Notes: generated by a model from the letters alone, not told the origin. A stretch of 64,000 nucleotides of DNA from an uncultured Propionibacteriales bacterium (GCA_965653225.1 CBFGZI010000003.1:2831-66830), one strand, 5' to 3'. Counted from the first letter of the stretch, positions 54,030-62,554 are shown. Numbers and translations: made by a program.

Positions 54030-54280
54030 GTCTCTACCCCCGTGTCTGCCACCTAGCGACCATAACGAACAGGTCGGACTGTCTACAGGTGGTCCACAGG
54101 TACAGCAGGCTCCCTTGCAGGCGGTCAGGTGCCCTCTGGTCCGGCGTATCCACATCGGGAGCGGTGAACAACAATCCTTCCCTCGGGTGTGTCACTCCGC
54201 TCCGGACGCCCGGAAAGCGCCTCGTCGTCCGCGCCGCACCGCGGACATGCGACAGCCGGCATCACACCTCCTTCAGGAGC

Positions 54281-54778
54281 TCATCCACGCGGATGATCCG
54301 GCGGAAAAATCCGGACCCCCCCAGACCCGATGACGCACGAGGTCGCCTGCGACCAGATCTCGTTGAGACGGGAGGCTGCTGGTTCTCGCACCTCGACTCC
54401 AGAGGACTGCAAGTAGTTCCACGGGACTTGATCGACCAGTTCCAGCAGCATATTGGTGTCTACTCGCTCTTCGACGGGTATGCACTGGTGCCACCGAACG
54501 TCGATGTACGACGTAGTGCGGTCGCCACCGTCCCAGTGCATGTCCTTGAAGGGCACACTCGTTGCCTCCCCGCGGGCAACCAGACCGCGTCCCTTAGTCC
54601 CCTGGCGCAACAGAAAGACGATGTCGCCGGGTGCTACACCCCTGACTCTGTTACCGACGCTCCACGTACCCTCGATGACTCCGCCTTGCGCCGTCTGCTC
54701 CACGTAGGCGTTCCAGTCATCGCTGAGAGCCGGCCACTTATCGGGGTTCCAGGTGAGCAGGATCGTTCGGGCCGTCAT
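54281..54778 (-). CDS. Hypothetical protein, possibly PUA/EVE-like fold
   Basis: 165 aa. ILLTWNPDKW...GTWSVGNRVRGVAPGDIVFLLRQGTKGRGLVARGEATS... resembles EVE/PUA-like beta-barrel modules by eye only. 4-nt overlap with the upstream XRE gene. Confidence 0.45.
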   Translation of the reverse strand: MTARTILLTWNPDKWPALSDDWNAYVEQTAQGGVIEGTWSVGNRVRGVAPGDIVFLLRQGTKGRGLVARGEATSVPFKDMHWDGGDRTTSYIDVRWHQCIPVEERVDTNMLLELVDQVPWNYLQSSGVEVREPAASRLNEIWSQATSCVIGSGGVRIFPPDHPRG

Positions 54779-55287
54779 CGGTCACCAGTTTCGCGGCGTT
54801 CGTCGATGAGCTGCTCCATAACTCGACGCTGTGCGGCATTGATGACGTCGAGACGCTGCTCTTGGGGCAGCTGACCCACCAGGTCGGCGATCTGCTGAGC
54901 CACGCGCCTCGGGTCGGACGGCGGCGGGCCGGCCGCGGCGGGGACCGCGAGAGCCGCCGCGGATTCTTCGTACTGCGGGTTCGTGTACCAGCTCTCCCGG
55001 GCCCGCGCCGCTCGCGGCCGCCGGGGTGAGCCCAGGTCCGACGAGGCGAGCGCCTCCTCGTACGGGATCGATGCCGACAGCTCGCTGGGCGACAGCTCCA
55101 ACGCCTCGGCAAGCGCGGCGAGCGCCTTGTGCGACGGCAGCCGGTAGCCGGTCTCCAGCTGCGACACATACGGATACGACAAGCCACTGGCCTCGACGAG
55201 GTCGCGCCGGCTCAGGCCGAGCTCCTCGCGGCGCGCCTTGATCCGGCGGCCGAAGGCCTCGGCTCCCGGCTCCTTCCGTGCGGCCAT
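54775..55287 (-). CDS. XRE-family helix-turn-helix transcriptional regulator with a C-terminal extension
   Basis: FGRRIKARREELGLSRRDLVEASGLSYPYVSQLETGYRLPSHKALAALAEALELS is the canonical Cro/C1 HTH. Confidence 0.85.
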   Translation of the reverse strand: MAARKEPGAEAFGRRIKARREELGLSRRDLVEASGLSYPYVSQLETGYRLPSHKALAALAEALELSPSELSASIPYEEALASSDLGSPRRPRAARARESWYTNPQYEESAAALAVPAAAGPPPSDPRRVAQQIADLVGQLPQEQRLDVINAAQRRVMEQLIDERRETGDR

Positions 55288-55291
55288 CGCC

Positions 55292-55340
55292 TATGCTCCT
55301 TGCATAACTCTGCTCTGTGCATTATGCTGCTCTCAGCATA
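55292..55340. promoter_or_regulatory. Two related inverted repeats (candidate operators) in the 78-bp divergent XRE / vWA intergenic region
   Basis: TATGC-tcctt-GCATA (55292-55306) and TATGCTG-ctct-CAGCATA (55323-55340). This is the most AT-rich stretch locally, and GGGGAGGG precedes the vWA ATG. Confidence 0.5.
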
Positions 55341-55365
55341 AGAGTACGACATAGGGGAGGGAACC

Positions 55366-56634
55366 ATGAAGATCGACGCGCAGATGGGTGTGGACCTGGT
55401 TGCGGTCGAGGGCGAGGAGGAGCTGTCGGCTCTGATCGCGCTCACGGCGCCGGAGAGCCCGCAGCAGGACGCCGAGCGCACGCCCAGCACGCTCATCGTC
55501 GTACTCGACCGGAGCGGCTCGATGGCCGGTGACCGGCTGGAGGGGGCAAAGCGGGCCCTGCTCTCCCTGGTCGACCGCCTCTCCCCCACCGACCGGTTCG
55601 GGCTGGTCACTTTCGACGACCACGTCCGCGTCGAGGTCCCGGCCGCCACCATGACCGACAAGCCGGCCGTCAAGGCCCGGATCGCGCACATCCACTCCGG
55701 CGGAACCACCAACCTCTCCGCCGGCTACCTCCGCGGCCTGCAGGAGGCGCGCCGAGTCGCGGCCGACGAGGGCGCCACCGTGCTGCTCATCAGCGACGGC
55801 CATGCCAACGCCGGCGTCACCGAGCCCGACCAGCTCGCCAGCGTCTCCGTCACGTACGCCCAGAAGCACGTGACCACCTCCACGCTCGGCTACGGCCTCG
55901 GGTACGACGAGCGCCTCCTCACCGCGATCACGAAGGGCGGTCGGGGCAACGAGCACTTCGCCGAGGACCCCGACACGGCGGCAGCGCTGATCGCCGGCGA
56001 GGTCACCGGCCTGCTCAGCCAGACCATCCAGGCGGCCTCGCTGACCATCCAGATGTCGCCGCACGTCCGCGGCGTACGGCTCGCCAACGACCTACAGGTC
56101 GCCCCGGTCGTCAACGGTCTGCAGGTCGAGCTCGGCAGTCTCTGGGCCGGCGAGGAGCGCAAGCTCGTACTCGTCTTCGACGTCCCGCAGCTCCCCGCGC
56201 TCGGTCTTACCGAGATCGCTTCGCTGGAGCTCCGCTACGTCGACACGGTCGAGCTCAAGGAGGAGACGGTGACGATCCCGCTGCACGTCAACGTCGTCCC
56301 CGGCGACCAGGCGGCCGGCCGCACGGTCAACCCGGTCGTCGCCACCGAGCTGGCGTTCCAGGAGGCCCAGCGCGCCAAGCGCGAGGCCTCGCGGCGCCTG
56401 TACGAGGGCGACGTGGCCGGCGCTGCCATGCAGCTCGGCATGGCGGGTTCGGCGATCGCCGACGCCATGGGATGGGCTCCGGTCGAGTCCAGGGCCGAGC
56501 TGTCCGACGAAGCCGCGGAGATCGACCAGATGATGCACGAGGCCCGGTACGGCGAGATGACGCGGGCGTCCAAGCGCCTCTCCTCCGACGCCGCGCGCAA
56601 GTCGCGCCAGCGCGGCCGCCGCGACATCTTCTGA
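55366..56634 (+). CDS. von Willebrand factor type A (vWA) domain protein with a large C-terminal extension
   Basis: MIDAS motif VVLDRSGSMAGDRL, plus GGTTNLSAG and LLISDGHANAG. About 200 aa beta-rich region and a helical tail follow. Confidence 0.85.
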   Translation: MKIDAQMGVDLVAVEGEEELSALIALTAPESPQQDAERTPSTLIVVLDRSGSMAGDRLEGAKRALLSLVDRLSPTDRFGLVTFDDHVRVEVPAATMTDKPAVKARIAHIHSGGTTNLSAGYLRGLQEARRVAADEGATVLLISDGHANAGVTEPDQLASVSVTYAQKHVTTSTLGYGLGYDERLLTAITKGGRGNEHFAEDPDTAAALIAGEVTGLLSQTIQAASLTIQMSPHVRGVRLANDLQVAPVVNGLQVELGSLWAGEERKLVLVFDVPQLPALGLTEIASLELRYVDTVELKEETVTIPLHVNVVPGDQAAGRTVNPVVATELAFQEAQRAKREASRRLYEGDVAGAAMQLGMAGSAIADAMGWAPVESRAELSDEAAEIDQMMHEARYGEMTRASKRLSSDAARKSRQRGRRDIF

Positions 56635-56655
56635 GCGACCAGCACTGTCGGTGCC

Positions 56656-57642
56656 GTGCGCGACCATGTCCGCATGCGCGACGACGTGCTTCCCCGCGAC
56701 GTCCCCACCGACCAGCAGGCTCTCTTCCCCGACGTCGGTGGGGACTCGGTGGGCACGCCCGACGACGCGACCCGCGTTCTCGACGAGCTTGTGCACGACG
56801 CCCGGATGTACCGCTCAGGGAGCGCGTTTCGCGAGCTGCTCGAGTTCGCGGGTCGCTTCCGGTTCTACTCCCCCTTCAACGCCATGTTGGTCCGCGCCCA
56901 GCTGCCAGGCGCCACGTTCGTCGCGCCGGCGCGACGCGGGCGGGCGACGTACGGCCGCGCGGTCCGGGCCGCGGCGCGACCGATCGTCATGCTGCGTCCA
57001 CGCGGGCCGGTGATGATCGTGTTCGACGTCTCCGACACGGTGCCCGTCCAGGGTGAGGCGCTCCCGCTGCCGCCCGAGGTGCTGCGGCCGTTCGAGATCA
57101 GCCGCCTGCCCGATATCGAGGCGATCATGGCGCGCACCGAGCGCAACGCTGTGCGCGACGGCGTACGCGTCGCGCCGGCGCGAGCGGGCTCGCAGCAGGG
57201 TGGCCGGATCCAGACCGCGCCCGGCCCGGCACTGCAGCTCAACGTACGTCGAAGCAACGCAACCGAGATCGTCTACGTACCGCAGCGCTACGTCGCCTGC
57301 CTCAACGCCGACCACGACCCGTCCCGGCAGTACGCCACGCTCGTGCACGAGCTCGCCCACCTCTACTGCGGGCATCTCGGCACTCCTGACGAGCGGTGGT
57401 GGCCCAACCGGAGCCGGCTAGACCACGCGACCGAGGAGTTCGAGGCGGAGGCGGTGTCGTACATTGTCTGCAAGCGGATCGACGACAACCTGCGGTTCCC
57501 GCCGTACCTCGCGCATCTGCTGGAGGGCGACGAGCCGCCGCCGTTCAGCCTGGACCGGATCGTCAAGGTCGCCGGTGACATCGAGCAGATGGGCAAGCAG
57601 AACCTGCCGCCGCGCAAGGACATGCCGCGCACACGGCGCTAG
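56656..57642 (+). CDS. ArdC-like protein: ssDNA-binding-type N-domain + HExxH zincin (ImmA/IrrE-like) C-domain
   Basis: FYSPFNAMLVRAQ (ArdC-N YSxxNxxL-type motif) and HELAHLYCGH...EEFEAEAVSYIVCKR (HExxH plus a downstream Glu-rich helix). It starts 21 nt after the vWA stop. Start is GTG 56656 or ATG 56674. Confidence 0.6.
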   Translation: MRDHVRMRDDVLPRDVPTDQQALFPDVGGDSVGTPDDATRVLDELVHDARMYRSGSAFRELLEFAGRFRFYSPFNAMLVRAQLPGATFVAPARRGRATYGRAVRAAARPIVMLRPRGPVMIVFDVSDTVPVQGEALPLPPEVLRPFEISRLPDIEAIMARTERNAVRDGVRVAPARAGSQQGGRIQTAPGPALQLNVRRSNATEIVYVPQRYVACLNADHDPSRQYATLVHELAHLYCGHLGTPDERWWPNRSRLDHATEEFEAEAVSYIVCKRIDDNLRFPPYLAHLLEGDEPPPFSLDRIVKVAGDIEQMGKQNLPPRKDMPRTRR

Positions 57643-57654
57643 GGCGAGGATCCG

Positions 57655-58695
57655 TTACGCGGCGGGCGACGGCTTCCCGTATTCGTATCGGACGTCACTG
57701 GTCAGCGGCGTGTCTCCGACTAACCCCACCGCGCCAGGCAAGAGGCGTCCGTCACGGACACCACGGGCCACCGCGCACAGCCAGCCGGGCAACGGCGCCC
57801 GGGCATGCTCGTTTGCGGCCTCCATCGCCGCAGCGTCGTGCGCAGTCTCCCGGTCGACTCGCATCGGCCGTCTCTCGAACATCAGGCCAGGTGCCTGCTC
57901 GATCGGTACGAGGCGGCCGAGCAAGTGCTGACCGGCCTCGACATCATTCATGGCACCCAGGTCGAGGATCCGCCGCTGAAGCCCAGACGCAAGGTCCGTT
58001 GCGAGGATGTCTCCGCAGTCCTTTCCCTCGTAGCGCAAGGGGCGCAACGCCGCATCCACCCACGCCTGGAGCATCGAGCAGCCGGTCAGAAGACGCTGAC
58101 CGATGGCGGCATCGACGTAGTCCGCGAGCCCACCCAACATGTGAGTTGCCAGCTCGGCGCAGACCGCATCCGACGCGGCTACGAGCGTGCCCAAGCGGTA
58201 CAACGTCGCAGGATCGATGTCCGGGTCGCGTTCGTAGCAGGCGGCCAGCGTCAGACACACCGCTGTGTCGATACGCGGGTCGCGTTTACAGAGCATCCAC
58301 AGATATGACTGCCGTACCACCCAGCGGTTCAGCACCCATGAGGGCCCGTTATCCCCGAGCTCGATGACCTCTCGCAGTTGGCGCTCGTAGGGCGCATCCA
58401 CGATGTGTGGTGTGAGGAGATAGAGATCGAGAGCGCTCTGCGCATCGCCCGTAGTCTGCGCTTCGAAGCTCTGCGTCATCAGCCACTCGTCGTCTGCAGT
58501 GAGGTTGCGGTCTAATACGTCGACCAGCTCGTCAGGATGCACCTGGATCACGGCGTTCTGGCCGCACCCGCACGAGCACTCCTCGTCCGTCAGCGGCGAT
58601 GGACGTGACAGCTTGTCGGGCTTTCGGGTGGCGCCTGGACCATCAAGAGGCACCTGGCGTCGCGGCTTGCGTCGGTTGCTCACGGCGATGATCAT
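57655..58695 (-). CDS. Hypothetical protein (346 aa), N-terminal basic region with CSCGC motif
   Basis: Coding-like composition. Start taken at the internal ATG 58695, because the longer ORF would overlap the divergent SelW-like gene. No family recognised. Confidence 0.5.
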   Translation of the reverse strand: MIIAVSNRRKPRRQVPLDGPGATRKPDKLSRPSPLTDEECSCGCGQNAVIQVHPDELVDVLDRNLTADDEWLMTQSFEAQTTGDAQSALDLYLLTPHIVDAPYERQLREVIELGDNGPSWVLNRWVVRQSYLWMLCKRDPRIDTAVCLTLAACYERDPDIDPATLYRLGTLVAASDAVCAELATHMLGGLADYVDAAIGQRLLTGCSMLQAWVDAALRPLRYEGKDCGDILATDLASGLQRRILDLGAMNDVEAGQHLLGRLVPIEQAPGLMFERRPMRVDRETAHDAAAMEAANEHARAPLPGWLCAVARGVRDGRLLPGAVGLVGDTPLTSDVRYEYGKPSPAA

Positions 58696-58763
58696 GAGCC
58701 GTTCGCGCGTCCGGCAACAGGTCCAATGTCCCGCCTGTGGACAACGCGGGAACAGTCGGCGAC

Positions 58764-58781
58764 GGTTCCGCGGAACCGCGG
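58764..58781. promoter_or_regulatory. Palindrome GGTTCCGCGGAACC(gcgg) in a divergent intergenic region; exact 18-nt copy of the sequence at 25886-25903
   Basis: ggttccgcggaaccgcgg occurs identically at both loci. Here it lies between the starts at 58695 (-) and 58818 (+). Confidence 0.4.
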
Positions 58782-58817
58782 CAGACCCCGCCCCGGGCGC
58801 TTTGGCAAGGTAGAGCC

Positions 58818-59117
58818 ATGACCTCGGACACCGCGAAGCCACGGGTGGCCATCACGTACTGCACGCAGTGCAAGTGGCTGCTGCGCGCCGCGTGGATGGC
58901 GCAAGAGCTGCTCAACACATTCACCACGGAGCTCGGTGAGGTCGCGCTAGTCCCGGGCACCGGCGGGATCTTCCGCATCACCGTCGCCGACAAGCAGGTG
59001 TGGGACCGAAAGTCAGAGGGCGGCTTCCCCGAGATCACGACGTTGAAGCAGCGCGTGCGCGACGAGGTGGCACCGGAGCGGAACCTCGGGCACGCTGACA
59101 AGCGCGAGGACGGGTAA
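58818..59117 (+). CDS. SelT/SelW/SelH (Rdx) family redox protein, Cys-containing form
   Basis: VAITYCTQCKWLLRAAWMAQELL (CxxC at the Rdx position) ...GGIFRI...VWDRKSEGGFPE. Both motif cysteines are TGC codons, with no in-frame TGA. Confidence 0.75.
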   Translation: MTSDTAKPRVAITYCTQCKWLLRAAWMAQELLNTFTTELGEVALVPGTGGIFRITVADKQVWDRKSEGGFPEITTLKQRVRDEVAPERNLGHADKREDG

Positions 59118-59704
59118 TGAGCAGCCCTCGGTCATCCACACCCGACAACCCGCACGGTCACGGCACGTGGCGAACGAGGGACGGGGCCGCGGTCGCGTTT
59201 TCCGACGCGCGCAGAATCTGGACCAGGGAAGCACGAGCGGTGCTCGTCGACACGGCGCGGCGCTATCACGCCTACGTGACGTACGGCGAGCTCGCCGAGG
59301 CAGTTCAGGCCCGAACCGGGATCCGTACCCGGTCCCAGATGCGGAACTGGATCGGCTGGGTGCTCGGCCGTGTGGCTGACGACTGTGAGCGCAGAAACGA
59401 GCCTCCATTGTCGGCACTGTGCGTGCGCCAGGATGAGACCGTCGGCGAGGGATATGCCTACGTAGTCGAAATCCAGGGCAAGCCGATCCCCGACGACCTC
59501 GACCAGCACGCAGCGGAGGCGAGGCTGGAGTGCTATCGCTTCTTCGGGGCGGATCTGCCGCCCGACGGCGGTCGGGCCGCTCTCACTCCGAAGGTGGCGG
59601 CCGCGCGACACCGTGCAAAGGGACGCCACTCAGAGTCCGTTGATGTCTGCCCTCACTGCCATACTGCCCTTCCAAAGAGCGGGATCTGCGACTACTGCAG
59701 CTGA
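59117..59704 (+). CDS. Hypothetical protein with a C-terminal zinc ribbon (CPHC...CDYC)
   Basis: ATG overlaps the SelW-like stop (TAATG). Coding-like GC3. No family recognised. Confidence 0.5.
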   Translation: MSSPRSSTPDNPHGHGTWRTRDGAAVAFSDARRIWTREARAVLVDTARRYHAYVTYGELAEAVQARTGIRTRSQMRNWIGWVLGRVADDCERRNEPPLSALCVRQDETVGEGYAYVVEIQGKPIPDDLDQHAAEARLECYRFFGADLPPDGGRAALTPKVAAARHRAKGRHSESVDVCPHCHTALPKSGICDYCS

Positions 59705-59799
59705 CGGGCCGCACGAGTCCTGTGGACCGTCGCGTCCCGCAGAACGCTGCCGGTGCGCTTGGCGTCGTCGCGATTCGGTCCTCTGGTTGACTGACGCAC

Positions 59800-60930
59800 A
59801 TGCCTGCTCACACAGACATCGCCGTCGTCGGCGCCGGCATCGTGGGGCTGTCGACCGCCTACGCCGCCAGGCAGCACGGTCTCTCGGTCACCCTGTACGA
59901 CGCCGCGCCGCCTGGCAGCGGGCAGTCGGCCGGCCAGTCGCGGCTGTTCCGGCACGCGCACGACGACCCGCGTCTGGTCGCGATGGCGGTCGAGAGCCGC
60001 GAGCTGTGGCACGCATGGGAGAGCGACTTCGGCGACGAGCTGGTGTCGGCCGACGGCGGCGTCGTGCTCGGGCCGGCGGTCCCCGACCGGCTGAAGGTGC
60101 TGTCTGCGTTCCCCGACCTGCCCGTACGCCCCATCGACCCCGCCGAGCTTGCCGAGCGGCTGCCGCTGCTAGCGGCGTACGACGGGCCCGCGATGTTGGA
60201 CGAGTCGGCCGGCGCGATCCGTACGAGAGCCGCGATCGCCGCACTCACAGATCGCCTCAAGGACTCGATCGTCGTCGACCACGTGCTGTCGCTGCGGCCG
60301 ACCACGTCGGGAGCCGTGGAGGTTCGCACCGGCACCGGTCGCCAGGAGCACGGCCACGTCATCGTCTGCGCCGGACGCGGCACTCCCGCGCTCGCCCGCG
60401 GGGCCGGAGTCTCCATACCGCTGGGGCACAACGCGACTGTCCGCGTGACGTTCGCGGTGCAGGGAGAGCCACCGCACCGAGTGGCCACGCTGCAGGACGC
60501 CAGCGGAGCCTTCGGGGAAACCGGTGTGTACGCCAGCCCATACCCCGGGAACACCCACTACGCCGTCGGCCTCAGCGGACACGTGCCCGGCAACGAGGAC
60601 GGCAGCCTCGCCGAACCCGGGCAGCTCGCCGACTTCGCCGACCAGACCGCCGCGTACGTCGCCCGTGCACTTCCCGGACTCGATCCCACGCCGGTCGACT
60701 ACGTGCACTGCTGGACCACCGAGCTGCCCTGGGACAAGGACGCGATCGGGGTCTGGGAGACACCCGGCGTCTCGTTCATCGCCGGGCACAACCTGTTCAA
60801 GCACGCGCCCGGGCTGGGACAGGCCCTGGTACGCAGCATCACCGACGGGCGCCTGCGCGAAGAGCTCAGGCCGGGCTCTCGTCTCGGTGACCCGAACCAC
60901 GCGGGCCAGAAGACGTCTAGCAGCTCGTAG
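59800..60930 (+). CDS. FAD-dependent oxidoreductase (DAO / sarcosine-oxidase-like)
   Basis: DIAVVGAGIVGLSTAYAA (GxGxxG), SGQSAGQSRLFRHAH, and HNLFKHAPGLG C-terminal block. Confidence 0.85.
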   Translation: MPAHTDIAVVGAGIVGLSTAYAARQHGLSVTLYDAAPPGSGQSAGQSRLFRHAHDDPRLVAMAVESRELWHAWESDFGDELVSADGGVVLGPAVPDRLKVLSAFPDLPVRPIDPAELAERLPLLAAYDGPAMLDESAGAIRTRAAIAALTDRLKDSIVVDHVLSLRPTTSGAVEVRTGTGRQEHGHVIVCAGRGTPALARGAGVSIPLGHNATVRVTFAVQGEPPHRVATLQDASGAFGETGVYASPYPGNTHYAVGLSGHVPGNEDGSLAEPGQLADFADQTAAYVARALPGLDPTPVDYVHCWTTELPWDKDAIGVWETPGVSFIAGHNLFKHAPGLGQALVRSITDGRLREELRPGSRLGDPNHAGQKTSSSS

Positions 60931-61082
60931 ATGTGACGGCGCCTGCGGCGCGGAGGCGGCAAGCCCTCGTGGCCGTTCCTTCGAGCGAGTCGACGTCTCC
61001 GCGATCGCGAACGGTTCGGATGCCCGACCAGGCGCGTAGAGTCGCCCGAGGATCTGGTCGGGGACGGCGAACGGAGCGTGCT

Positions 61083-62546
61083 GTGGGACTTCTGGACAGC
61101 GTCGACTGGCAGGGCAAGGTGCTCAAGTCGGGCAAGTGGCAGGCGGCATCCGGCGGCGACTACGCCGTGGTGGAGCCGGCCACCGGCAAAGAGCTGGGGC
61201 GGATGGGACTGGCCACCGCCGAGGACGTCGCCGAGGCGGCGCAGTCGGCGCGGGAGGCCCAACGAGAGTGGGCCGCCCTCCCCCACACCGCCCGGTCGAA
61301 GGTGCTGCGCCGTGCCGGAGACCTGTGGACCGAGCACGCCGAGGAGATCAGCCGGTGGAACGTCCGGGAGGTCGGCGCGGTCCCCGGCCTGGCCGGGTTC
61401 TCACTGCACGTGGCCGCCGAGGAGTGCTACGCGGCCGCCGCCCTGCCCGGCCTGGCGATGGGTGAGCTGTTGCCGTCGGAGGAGCCACGCCTGTCCATGG
61501 CCCGGCGGATGCCCGCCGGTGTCGTGGGCGTGATCTCGCCGGTCAACGTGCCGATCATCCTGGGCATCCGCTCGGTCGCACCCGCGCTGGCGCTCGGCAA
61601 CGCCGTACTGCTCAAGCCCGACCCGCGCACGGCGGTCACCGGCGGAACCCTGCTGGCACGCGTGCTGGAGGAGGCCGGGCTGCCGCCCGGGGTGCTGCAG
61701 ATGCTCCCCGGCGGCGGTGACGTCGGCGAGGCGCTGGTCACCGACCCGAACGTGCGGGTCATCTCGTTCACCGGCTCCACCCCGGTCGGCCGCCGGATCG
61801 GCGAGCTGGCCGGCAAGCACCTCAAGCGGGCGCACCTCGAGCTCGGCGGCAACTCCGCGCTGCTGGTGCTCGACGACGCCGACGTCGACGCGGCGGTCAA
61901 CCTGGCCTCGTGGGGCTCGTTCTTCCACCAGGGGCAGATCTGCATGACCGCCGGGCGTCACCTGGTGGCAGACGGGCTCTACGACGACTTCGTCGAACGC
62001 CTGGCCGACAAGGCCACGCACCTGCCCGTGGGCGACCCGGCCACCGAGGAGGTCGCGCTCGGGCCGGTCATCGACGAGCGGCAACGCGACCGGATCCACG
62101 GCATGGTCACCACCAGCACCGGCCAGGGAGCGCGGCTGGCGGCGGGCGGTGAGTACGACCGTCTGTTCTACAAGCCGACCGTGCTCGCCGACATCCCGCA
62201 TGCCGCACCCGCGTTCGCCGACGAGGTCTTCGGCCCCGTCGCGCCCGTGACCAGGGTCAGCTCGGTGGAGGACGCCGCCCGGCTGGCGGCCGAGAGCGAC
62301 TACGGCCTGTCACTGGGCATCGTCACGCGCGACGTGATGCGCGGGCTGGCCGTGGCCGAGCAGATCCCGACGGGGATCGTGCACATCAACGACCAGACCG
62401 TCAACGACGAGGCGAACGCGCCCTTCGGCGGGGTCGGCGCCTCCGGGACCGGCGCGCGGTTCGGTGGCGCGCAGGCCAACATCGAGGCGTTCACCGAGAG
62501 CCGCTGGATCACCATGCGCGGGGAGCCGCCGCAGTACCCCTTCTGA
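61083..62546 (+). CDS. Aldehyde dehydrogenase family protein
   Basis: FTGSTPVGRRI, LELGGNSALLV (catalytic Glu), FFHQGQICMTAGR (catalytic Cys), PFGGVGASGTG. GTG 61083 chosen; the upstream 50 codons are Arg-rich. Confidence 0.9.
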   Translation: MGLLDSVDWQGKVLKSGKWQAASGGDYAVVEPATGKELGRMGLATAEDVAEAAQSAREAQREWAALPHTARSKVLRRAGDLWTEHAEEISRWNVREVGAVPGLAGFSLHVAAEECYAAAALPGLAMGELLPSEEPRLSMARRMPAGVVGVISPVNVPIILGIRSVAPALALGNAVLLKPDPRTAVTGGTLLARVLEEAGLPPGVLQMLPGGGDVGEALVTDPNVRVISFTGSTPVGRRIGELAGKHLKRAHLELGGNSALLVLDDADVDAAVNLASWGSFFHQGQICMTAGRHLVADGLYDDFVERLADKATHLPVGDPATEEVALGPVIDERQRDRIHGMVTTSTGQGARLAAGGEYDRLFYKPTVLADIPHAAPAFADEVFGPVAPVTRVSSVEDAARLAAESDYGLSLGIVTRDVMRGLAVAEQIPTGIVHINDQTVNDEANAPFGGVGASGTGARFGGAQANIEAFTESRWITMRGEPPQYPF

Positions 62547-62554
62547 GCCGAAAA

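Noticed and set aside
54030-54280. LexA/SOS box or PafBC (RecA-NDp) motif upstream of recC
   Set aside because: Only a poor half-site (cgaacaggtcgg) is present, against TCGAAC-N4-GTTCGA. A TGTC...TAnnnT arrangement does not match the RecA-NDp spacing or sequence convincingly.
55366-56634. TerY-type vWA triad (vWA + PP2C phosphatase + Ser/Thr kinase), or vWA-MoxR pairing
   Set aside because: No kinase, phosphatase or AAA+ MoxR gene is adjacent.
58818-59117. Selenocysteine recoding in the SelW-like gene
   Set aside because: The redox motif is encoded as TGC-ACG-CAG-TGC (CxxC). There is no in-frame TGA, and I saw no SECIS-like hairpin.
39843-59704. Prophage or integrative conjugative element
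   Set aside because: No integrase, recombinase, relaxase, T4SS, capsid or terminase genes, flanking tRNA or direct repeats are visible within the window. Only isolated mobile-element-type genes are present (HNH/DUF222 and the ArdC-like gene).
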